A stretch of DNA of 64,000 nucleotides from positions 103,972 to 167,971 of IMG/VR virus record IMGVR_UViG_3300031521_000012. One strand, 5' to 3'. The translations under genes were made by a program, and so were the position numbers. The notes beneath the pieces are model-generated. The model saw only the letters and a program-made list of their open reading frames with translations. It did not search any database and was not told the DNA's origin. This DNA comes from a virus. Shown piece by piece: positions 37,701 through 44,285 of the stretch (the first letter of the stretch is position 1; the number at the start of each line of letters is the position of its first letter).

Positions 37701-38884
37701 AGTGATTCATAAGCTTCACTACTATCAGTAGTAACTTTCAATACCTTACCATTTCCAATATCATATGCAGCGCCAAACATACCACCACCTAAAAATACTA
37801 GGTTATTGAAACCTAATCTCTCACCGATTTGTTTAGCAGCATCGTCAAATTCTTGTCTAGTTGGGTAGCCTTCGTTTAATATTTTTTCTTTGCTTAATGG
37901 AAATTCTTCAAGCATTAATGGGTCTCTATCGTAACGACCTTGACTAATTAAATATTCTTGTAGTTTTATTAGATTTCTATAGAATTTTTTCTTATCTTGT
38001 GTATGATTCAGTACTTCCTTAATGTTGTTTACACAATCATGGAAATTTTCGACCAAATAAGGTAAACTAGGAATTGGAATATTTGGGTAATAATCACGAT
38101 TAGAAACAAAATGAATGAATTCCTCATTGACTACTTCATCACCATCACCCACGCCATACGGTATTTGCGCCCACATACCCATTCTAATATCACTATCACC
38201 GCCAGCATCAGATAATATATCATCGTTACCATCAGCAAAGTTATATAGTTCGTACATTTGTTGACGTTTTCCATTACCGCTATAATGTGTAGCAAGTACT
38301 CCATCAGTTAATCCATAATCAGTTAATACGATTGTTGGTTGACCATCGTGTAATACTTCTCCATATAAACTAGTTCTACCTAAGTCACCAACATTCATGT
38401 TATAATCTAAAGACAACATCAGTACTCGCTGAGTAAACTCGTTTTCATCGAAAAATTCAATAAGTGCTTTGTCTTGATGCCAAGTAGCACGTTTTCCATT
38501 ATTTAACTCTATGAAAGTTTGAATATACGTCTTCATACTCCATAAATCAGGTATACCTGTTAATTGCTTAATTCTTGCTTCTGAAACTTTTCTTGCTTTT
38601 TCAACAATTAACCATGCATCGTTTTCATCATACTCAAAAACTTTTGTTACAATATCTTGAGTATTATGGTATATACCAATACTGCTTTCCACTTCATTTT
38701 GAGCAACACCTTTAGCGTTTTTAGCTAATTTAAATACTTTGCTACCGTCTATATCATAAACGATTCTACCTGAACCACTACCGATTTTAGCGAGATTTTG
38801 ATTAGAAAATTCTATTTTCTGCCTATAAGATTTGATTTCTAGAAACTTATCTAAAAAATTATTAAGGAATTCATCGTATGTCAT
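31772..38884 (-). CDS. 2370-aa polyvalent protein: kinase - kinase - GNAT - repeated unknown modules - CCA-adding tRNA nucleotidyltransferase - Acb1-like 2H phosphoesterase
   Basis: GSGSGRIVY/VFKLAK/TDYG; GGGMFG/VLKVT/DFIRPENLG/FDIG; VDEKYRGTGIG; VGGSVRD..DLD..DLRRRDFTINAMA..DDPLRMLR; PHVTILYG..PHITIAY. Confidence 0.88.
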   Translation of the reverse strand: MTYDEFLNNFLDKFLEIKSYRQKIEFSNQNLAKIGSGSGRIVYDIDGSKVFKLAKNAKGVAQNEVESSIGIYHNTQDIVTKVFEYDENDAWLIVEKARKVSEARIKQLTGIPDLWSMKTYIQTFIELNNGKRATWHQDKALIEFFDENEFTQRVLMLSLDYNMNVGDLGRTSLYGEVLHDGQPTIVLTDYGLTDGVLATHYSGNGKRQQMYELYNFADGNDDILSDAGGDSDIRMGMWAQIPYGVGDGDEVVNEEFIHFVSNRDYYPNIPIPSLPYLVENFHDCVNNIKEVLNHTQDKKKFYRNLIKLQEYLISQGRYDRDPLMLEEFPLSKEKILNEGYPTRQEFDDAAKQIGERLGFNNLVFLGGGMFGAAYDIGNGKVLKVTTDSSEAYESLELIGKRLEYIADIYDVYAIKSRSNKLKENLFAIILEKLKTDGNFKRLTDRMNFAFSKILGLHFSDVITDVLANYLGEAGYNKVQKYLDKNPDDKYFFDSVLNIAKEAQENGVESYDFIRPENLGYKKSGVIGFFDIGFSEREYPNPNTTKQIEVDEDATSLTTTDDFPSYNPIDTSPSIENDLNANSAMYTEDLENSHVDDATQDEYVVDEEVIGYSEDGDDMNYDEDEAEYDREDVYNQSVEIARKSGINILRGKELTGFVLKDGVVAGAIFSEFDASDNQFSFDVVVDEKYRGTGIGRELTQDGINQFKEYRSMFGNKVKLNLDVVNPYMKDLLIKYFKGKIVDKIGNDRYHMTVNERITSSMAGSSTVDVKKKCRLGGLGNTSAACNQGDINNLIIKPLNEEQIPYNQTYWAWVSPQDELIQVPKLRHAAFIESQYARSFGRDGVFEKAYEDGWVRVISEYSPKQYRTELSLNGYDKKRVVDVLKKLFLNFIQYGDNTIYLEYENPEEYEKFYTGNADGKAKLADYISEDVINETVDASVGYRDESALQAMADGSKDVSIISFNNFPALRDKLMNIAIENGLQGIPVEQTDHDAETYVVYRNTPEAKANAEKLYTIMMQHGGYADDQTPEEAYEIGRLLGYSDESINKYIYKEYISKLPVEPHPDEIDEEVNTDEYVGIGLFALKNMLTQRRILGWILPDNRFIQVQSHIDYLVDVYLSGEQFEYTDDNIDKLYDKAFNDGLIRLDYQLVGIKPNLMLQGNKAGRINEIIKTVFINYLSSRQSEIYLDVKGNHYTFRLPNDNNKLAGFLYGIREEEIEEGVGDKYAEKQGVEPEFKEFNKKYTNHLIQQDQENIVFREDDEEYFIIRNPSSLKNIFGNVRGVIDREGNLYIESYPRYIHITLLRILDELHLLNDAQEWNIKTPLETNFVTVQRYERTNDIFVGESNLALIPDDFKSRVSPQPDWNSITKFDDALVIFKQFLDKAKAKNHGINFINEHIKIHAIKDWKGLSEGIGDKYAEKQGVEPEFKEFDKKYRANRNLIDNENVLYRDKIGNEIIKNPKTPDSVGYDIRGIIDAEGNFYAERESFGIHDDMLRILNRVGAVKLDYYNWNQVPPLVAGFITVQRYLSTNVILLGESNIMATPDIEREALPTFTWKRYPSYDDAIAQFKQFMDKAKILNPRFNFIPELNYLYEPNTRINENELTEMKELMSLQDLPFKEEVQYLGGRILQVGGSVRDEFLGKESKDLDILIAGIPMDRLEQILSKYGKVDAVGKSFGVLKFKPAGASEDIDIAIPRQDKPTGEGGHKGFDVTSDHELPIEDDLRRRDFTINAMAKDIDGNIIDPFGGQEDLKNKIIRVVNPQAFADDPLRMLRSVQFSSRFGFTIEPETMQLIIDNASRIKEIPPERILIEFQKIVSKGNKRTGTQLLKDTGIFQQIFDTDLQQSTIDRSPFEDVHTMGEYIYLLTRLMPNPAEFFKNNLKGDIDTYKEIKAYEQAFGSGEVDNAVKARSIAHNVYVISPVSLQSKIIPTEVQNAAQELLSGKYPKTINELAVNGNDLMSMGLKGKQIGDTQKALLLKIYSDKVSNDKNALLTTIGDNSVQEGIGDKYAEKAFNIPDAGKEFDNKYAQEKALSINAEKPIAYVQHTRTEEWTPIFKNPKSLSGFNSFVRAIADKNGDLYVATEDMYFNHNSMAKALGFIEPYDFIDDHQDQYLLLRRISSNNAFGLSDTSDDYMDRGEQQANNVKKLTEIAQNKSSQFKFFNIYANKISNEMIRRARFPNQAHSDDKMNITMNEAPNSDDIEYGCLMLYLDVPKWKKLTSIIKSDDLYIKDNGYGIETEPHVTILYGFNNDVKANEAFELFKKNTSLKPISIKISGISTFENDEFDVVKFDVHSEELTRLNKLMKTLPYTSEFDEYHPHITIAYVKKGEGKKYVKTFDNELTLTGNKLVFSYSEFGDDNVDMTLNNNLNEKK
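32859..35236 (-). repeat. three coding repeats starting EG(I/V)GDKYAEK (35167-35236, 34591-34660, about 32859-32887)
   Basis: First two copies are 576 bp apart and match at 63 of 70 nt. Confidence 0.9.
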
Positions 38885-38904
38885 GTTCTGATTATTAGTT
38901 AATA

Positions 38905-38912
38905 ATAAATAC
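38905..38912 (-). promoter_or_regulatory. GTATTTAT motif
   Basis: 20 bp upstream of the polyprotein start. Confidence 0.65.
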
Positions 38913-38945
38913 AGAATTCATTATAAAAGGGCGTTTATTTAATTA

Positions 38946-39662
38946 TTACTGCCTTTTTGCTTCGTTTTTTGCTTTGAGTTCTCTAAACGCTTCAAAAACA
39001 ATGCTTTTAATCATTTCTTTATTATCGCCTAATACTTCCTTAATACGTTCAACAGCATACATTTCCAATATTGTGCTCTTAATTGCTTCCTCGACAATAG
39101 GACCGAAATTCTCTACCAAATAATTATTTACTATAGTTTTTACATTTTCGGTTAAATATGCTTCATTAATCTGCATTGGCGCACCCGTCATTTGCTGCTG
39201 TGGTTGTTGTGGAACATAATTATTATTCATTGGCGCACCTATGTTAGGAGTTTGTGTATATGCTCCCATTTGTTCGGCTAAAGTCTGTTTTCTTTTTCTT
39301 TCTACATCAAGATATAATTGTTCATCCCTTTCAGCAGATGACATATCACCTTCATTGATTCTATTGGGTTGTTGTGTTTGTTGACGGGTAGGTTCTGCAT
39401 CTTTAATTGGTAATTTTGTTCCCAATTTTATATTGCCTTTCCTTTCCATTGCATTATCATATGTTTTAACTAAAATAGTTGATGGAGTTTCCTTACCAGT
39501 ATTAAATGATTCCAACAACCCACTTAGAAATGAATCACGTGGTGCTAAATTATTACCGCTATTACTGATATTTTCGCCTAATCTAGTCGATACTCTATTT
39601 TTCTCATTTGTACGAGTAGATATTTCATCCCTCAGAATATTTAAGTCAAATTTTTGTGTCAT
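38946..39662 (-). CDS. hypothetical protein rich in (I/L)xE sites (candidate internal head protein)
   Basis: LGEN, LLES, INEG, INEA, LTEN, LVEN; own GTATTTAT motif. Confidence 0.65.
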   Translation of the reverse strand: MTQKFDLNILRDEISTRTNEKNRVSTRLGENISNSGNNLAPRDSFLSGLLESFNTGKETPSTILVKTYDNAMERKGNIKLGTKLPIKDAEPTRQQTQQPNRINEGDMSSAERDEQLYLDVERKRKQTLAEQMGAYTQTPNIGAPMNNNYVPQQPQQQMTGAPMQINEAYLTENVKTIVNNYLVENFGPIVEEAIKSTILEMYAVERIKEVLGDNKEMIKSIVFEAFRELKAKNEAKRQ

Positions 39663-39686
39663 TTTTATAAATTTTTACTGTTTTTT

Positions 39687-39694
39687 ATAAATAC
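39687..39694 (-). promoter_or_regulatory. GTATTTAT motif
   Basis: Upstream of 39662. Confidence 0.6.
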
Positions 39695-39695
39695 G

Positions 39696-40601
39696 TTATT
39701 GTTTGAAAAAAGGTTTCTTTTCAAATGGAATTGAAGGAGATTCACCATTTTCCGTATTTTTATTATCAGCTGTTCTTTGATTTTTAGCCTTTTCCCTATT
39801 TTGATTGAAAAAATTATCTTCAACAGAAGCGTTCTTTCTAATCAATGTATCATAAAGATTTGGTAAACTACCAACAATAGCGTTTTCAGGCACTTTATCT
39901 TTATCTTTAACATCTATAATATCAAATTCGTTATTATTATTAATAACAACCAGAAAACTGCCTTGTTTTTTCTTATAAACTCTACTGGCGATATCACGTA
40001 ATTTAATTACATCGTCAGCCAAAATTCTTCTATTATTTTTATTTCCTCTAGTAAAATTATCCCATTTAGTTCTTTTCTCACCTGCTTGTTGTTGTGGTTG
40101 AACTTCTTTGGGCTGAAAATCAGGTTCATTCTTTGATGAAACATATGCAATAATACTTGACATGCCACCATCAGCACCTTCATTATATTTAGGTGGAATC
40201 ATTACTGTACCATCAGGATTATTGAATTTTTTACCGATTGGGTAAGCTTTACTTATTTTATCGAGACTGAACATACGCCACCCGGGCTTCACACCCTCAT
40301 TATCATTCCAATAATCATGTTCTAAGCTATCTGTACGTGTTGGTCTGTTATCAAAAGTAACACTATTCTTTTTATTGTCTTGCCATGCTCGAATTACTTT
40401 ATTACCTGCAGTTGACACACCTAACACGTAGGGTCTTATTGTTCGATAGCCTTTTTGATTGGTTTCATCACCAGTATAGTAAATATAAACATATTCGTGA
40501 TTTTGAATATATTTCGCCATGTCACTATCGTTTACCGCTTCTGTTAATAGCAGACGAAAACGCTTAATATTATTAAATAATGTTTTTACTTCGTTTAACA
40601 T
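39696..40601 (-). CDS. WYL-domain protein without HTH
   Basis: VYIYY..GYRTIRPYVLG..VIRAW..GWRMFSLDKI. Confidence 0.8.
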   Translation of the reverse strand: MLNEVKTLFNNIKRFRLLLTEAVNDSDMAKYIQNHEYVYIYYTGDETNQKGYRTIRPYVLGVSTAGNKVIRAWQDNKKNSVTFDNRPTRTDSLEHDYWNDNEGVKPGWRMFSLDKISKAYPIGKKFNNPDGTVMIPPKYNEGADGGMSSIIAYVSSKNEPDFQPKEVQPQQQAGEKRTKWDNFTRGNKNNRRILADDVIKLRDIASRVYKKKQGSFLVVINNNNEFDIIDVKDKDKVPENAIVGSLPNLYDTLIRKNASVEDNFFNQNREKAKNQRTADNKNTENGESPSIPFEKKPFFKQ

Positions 40602-40604
40602 ATC

Positions 40605-40844
40605 TTATGCAGTACCAGCATCATACAGTTTATTCTTATTAAATTTATTTTTAGCGACCAATGTTTCTCTAACTTTGATGTCAGTGGCACTTCCAACCTG
40701 TCCGTTATTTTGATCTTTACCTTTTTCATCACCATTAGATATTTCGTCTGGATGACCATTAGTATACTGATCTGTTTCACTATAATCATTTTTAACCAAA
40801 TTTGATTTTCTATATGAAACACTTATTTTTTCTAAATTACTCAT
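40605..40844 (-). CDS. small hypothetical protein
   Basis: ORF track; motif variant CTATTTAT at 40879-40886 upstream. Confidence 0.65.
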   Translation of the reverse strand: MSNLEKISVSYRKSNLVKNDYSETDQYTNGHPDEISNGDEKGKDQNNGQVGSATDIKVRETLVAKNKFNKNKLYDAGTA

Positions 40845-40889
40845 GTTATAAATTTTATTATTTTAATGTTATTTTATCATAAATAGTTG

Positions 40890-41669
40890 TTATTCGTACT
40901 TTACGAAGACCAAATTGATATATTCTATTAAAAGTGGAACGGTATCTAAATATGACATTTCTTCAACATCAAACCAACCATAATTAGTATTTTCCTTATT
41001 TAATGTAATGGCAGTTGGGTCACCATCATATCTACAAGCAAACATATGTTCAATACTGCCTTTATGCCTTTGGATAGTAAATGTTTTAGTGAACTTATTG
41101 ATATCTAAATCTGTTTCTTCCTTAATTTCTCTTTCAACAGCTTTTTCAGGTGTTTCACCCTTTTCAACACCACCACCAACTAAGCTCCATTGATTATTGC
41201 CCCAGCCATTTTTAACTTCACCTCTTTTCAATAATAATATTTTATTATCTGGATTAACAATTACAGCTAATGCATTTTTTTTAATTTCCTTTTTATCATC
41301 ACTCTCGTTTATTCTAGGTGCTTGATATGGCATTAATTCTGAATTGGGATTTGAAGTCATATCCCTTCTCACTTCAGTTGATCTACTTACGGCATCCCTA
41401 TTTGCATTAAGTGTCCGATCAACAAACGATTTCATCAGTTCACCACCAGCTAATACATATTGGGTCTTGTCATCATTTTGAATGTTGAAGTGATCAAAGA
41501 AGTTTTTCAACCTCTTTAATGCCTGATAGGTTATAACACCGTTTTTAAGCAGGTATTTAGCTCTTTTAACGCCATTTCCATTAGGATTGGATATAAGAGC
41601 TGCCCTGATGCTTTGCAACACGTCAGGAGCTATTCTAAACGTTTTATCGTATAATTGAGCATTTGCCAT
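40890..41669 (-). CDS. Nudix hydrolase with unknown N-terminal domain
   Basis: Nudix box GGVEKGETPEKAVEREIKEET. Confidence 0.9.
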   Translation of the reverse strand: MANAQLYDKTFRIAPDVLQSIRAALISNPNGNGVKRAKYLLKNGVITYQALKRLKNFFDHFNIQNDDKTQYVLAGGELMKSFVDRTLNANRDAVSRSTEVRRDMTSNPNSELMPYQAPRINESDDKKEIKKNALAVIVNPDNKILLLKRGEVKNGWGNNQWSLVGGGVEKGETPEKAVEREIKEETDLDINKFTKTFTIQRHKGSIEHMFACRYDGDPTAITLNKENTNYGWFDVEEMSYLDTVPLLIEYINLVFVKYE

Positions 41670-41672
41670 TGA

Positions 41673-43364
41673 TTATAAATTTAGGGTAAATTTCATATTA
41701 CCACAATCATAAATACATAAAAATCCCCTTTCGGACATAATTTCATGCTCGGTTTTATTTGGGTCAAATCCTTCTCTTACCAATACATCTTTACGATAGT
41801 TAAATCTATGGTGTCTTATCATTTCATTCTTTTCAAAATACCAATAATTAGGTTTGGTATTTTTAATAAAATGAAATCCCAATTGTTTATATAAATTACC
41901 TTGTGAATATCTTCTATCGGCAAATGTTAGTATTGACACAGGTTTATATGTTTTAATAAAATACGATAATAGTCTACTTGCACCGCCAATAACGCTTGTG
42001 TTAAGCTTATTACAAAAACGTAACATTTCATACTCTCCGTCAACATTAATTTTGTTACCCATGACTAATCTTTTATTACCAAAAGTCATTAATGACACCA
42101 ATTCATTATTATAGAATAGCCCTATTTTAATTTTAGCATTAACATTCCCTTGAATGTGATTATTGTTAAGAAATGTCTGTGATGTATTACCATCAATTTC
42201 TCTAACAACACATTTTCTAGCAAATATTTTATTATCGATTATTCCTAACTTACTTTTAAGTATTGACTTAACTATTTCATTTTTATTAAGCCATTCATCT
42301 TCAAATATGTGTATTAGCTGAATACCTTGTTGTTCACATAATTCTGTTTTATTTAAATGATAGTCGGTAGATTTACCAGCATTTGAATGCCAATATAATC
42401 CATCGAATTCAATGCCAAGATTGTGCGACTCAACATAAACATCTAGCTCCAAGGGTGATATGATTTTTCTAGTATTTCTCACATTTTCAACATGTAAATC
42501 ATCGATAAAATATTGAAGGTCTTTTCCCCTTAACGAATCACATTCACTAATAGGAAAACATTTTGTGCAAAATTTATCGTGTTTATATGAAATAAAACGA
42601 GAATATAAATTATGCTTTGAAATTTCAAACGATTCGTGTTTTTCACAATAATTATTAATAATAATCGTTTTATCTGCAATTTCAAGATTATGTATATCAA
42701 TATTCAACAGCTTAGAAATTTTTCGTAAATATTTTTTATCTTGTATGGTTTTAGAATTGCTCAAGAATTCGGTGGATTGAAAATTATATTCATATCCACA
42801 ATTTTCTAAATTAGTTTGTTTCTTTTTTTCTTTTATTTCTACAGATTGCGAATTATGTTCAACACCAAATTTTTTTAAATTCGTTTCTGTTATTTTATCT
42901 TTCGTTTCTTTACACAATAAATTAGTTACTGCGCCAAATCTTTCAATATATGTTTGCTGTTTTTTTTCTTTAACTGAATCTAATTGTGATTGATGATCGA
43001 CACCATATTTTTCCTGAAACAATTTCCTTCTTTTTTCCTGAACAACAGCTAATTGTAACGGGTTTTCAACGCCATGTTTTTCAAAATAGTTTTGTTTATT
43101 TTTTACTTTCAATTCTTCATCCTTATATCTACATTCGTTTGAGCAATATGAATAATATCCCCTACCAAATTTTAAAAACTTAAGCGCATTACCGCATTTA
43201 CATACAGGCAATGTGCTTAAGCCATTAACATAATTATACATTTTTTGACCCCAAGAAATATCACCAAAATTTTTATTAAGCTCAACTACCTTAAGATATT
43301 CATCATAATAATTATCTCGCATTTGAGCAATTCCGTAATATTTTCCAGTTAGTAATTCACACAT
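41673..43364 (-). CDS. homing endonuclease-like protein (KYG repeats, Vsr/DUF559-like, Hef-like C-terminus)
   Basis: ELDVY..IEFDGLYWHS..IHIFEDEW..FARKC..NHIQG..MLRFC..GGASRL..ADRR..IYDCG. Confidence 0.8.
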   Translation of the reverse strand: MCELLTGKYYGIAQMRDNYYDEYLKVVELNKNFGDISWGQKMYNYVNGLSTLPVCKCGNALKFLKFGRGYYSYCSNECRYKDEELKVKNKQNYFEKHGVENPLQLAVVQEKRRKLFQEKYGVDHQSQLDSVKEKKQQTYIERFGAVTNLLCKETKDKITETNLKKFGVEHNSQSVEIKEKKKQTNLENCGYEYNFQSTEFLSNSKTIQDKKYLRKISKLLNIDIHNLEIADKTIIINNYCEKHESFEISKHNLYSRFISYKHDKFCTKCFPISECDSLRGKDLQYFIDDLHVENVRNTRKIISPLELDVYVESHNLGIEFDGLYWHSNAGKSTDYHLNKTELCEQQGIQLIHIFEDEWLNKNEIVKSILKSKLGIIDNKIFARKCVVREIDGNTSQTFLNNNHIQGNVNAKIKIGLFYNNELVSLMTFGNKRLVMGNKINVDGEYEMLRFCNKLNTSVIGGASRLLSYFIKTYKPVSILTFADRRYSQGNLYKQLGFHFIKNTKPNYWYFEKNEMIRHHRFNYRKDVLVREGFDPNKTEHEIMSERGFLCIYDCGNMKFTLNL

Positions 43365-44251
43365 TATTTTATCTCCAATAAGTTAATCAATTTGTTTACA
43401 TCACCTCTATCCATTTTATTGATTAATCCAGCAATTTTTTCTAATTTCTTTGCACGAACCTCATTATCATCGGATTTAGATGTTATTTCATCTTCACTTT
43501 TTTTATCAATCATTTTATCCTCAACCACATTAACTTCAGTCAATGAATCTGGTTTAACAGCATAAAAGTCAGGATGATTTTTATTTATCCAATTGAAAAT
43601 TTCTTCATCACTAATAGCAAGACCAAGCCAATCAGGATATCCAATATGCCAATTATTTCTAACACTATCTAATCTGCCAGCTTTATCGAAATTAAATGTA
43701 ATATAGAATTGATCATTCAGCTTACTTTTAATCGTTAACGGTTTTCTTTCTTCAATTGGTTTTTGCTGCCATGATGTGTTATAACCATTGTCATCGATTG
43801 TTTCATCAATGGCTTCTGGTTCATTAAATGCGTTTTCGAAATGCTTTTCCATTATCTTCATTGCCTTTTTAGCATATTGAGTATTAACGTGTTTATCGAC
43901 ACCAATATCTCCATCAGATATTTTTCTATAATCAGATTTTAATTTATTTGGATTCTGGTAATAAAACTTCAATATTTGCTTATATCTTTCAAACATAAGT
44001 TCCGTAAGATCAGTAAGTAATTCCGTTTGTCCTTGATTTTCAGTGCCTTCTTCCATGAAAGGCATTAATGTGAAACCAAAACGACCAAGCATGTCATATC
44101 TGAATGGCTGTTGACCTATTTTTGCATTACTATCGGTAGTGCCGTTTGCTTGTGATTCTAAATCAGAACCATTTGTAGGTATATCGTTTAAGCCAATTAA
44201 GTCACCGTTTGAATCGATGATTTCATCTAAAGCTTTCTTATTAAATTCCAT
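43364..44251 (-). CDS. hypothetical protein with several (I/L/V)xE sites
   Basis: ORF track; GTATTTAT upstream. Confidence 0.7.
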   Translation of the reverse strand: MEFNKKALDEIIDSNGDLIGLNDIPTNGSDLESQANGTTDSNAKIGQQPFRYDMLGRFGFTLMPFMEEGTENQGQTELLTDLTELMFERYKQILKFYYQNPNKLKSDYRKISDGDIGVDKHVNTQYAKKAMKIMEKHFENAFNEPEAIDETIDDNGYNTSWQQKPIEERKPLTIKSKLNDQFYITFNFDKAGRLDSVRNNWHIGYPDWLGLAISDEEIFNWINKNHPDFYAVKPDSLTEVNVVEDKMIDKKSEDEITSKSDDNEVRAKKLEKIAGLINKMDRGDVNKLINLLEIK

Positions 44252-44268
44252 AATTACATATTTTTTAT

Positions 44269-44276
44269 ATAAATAC
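44269..44276 (-). promoter_or_regulatory. GTATTTAT motif
   Basis: 17 bp upstream of 44251. Confidence 0.65.
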
Positions 44277-44285
44277 TAATAAATA

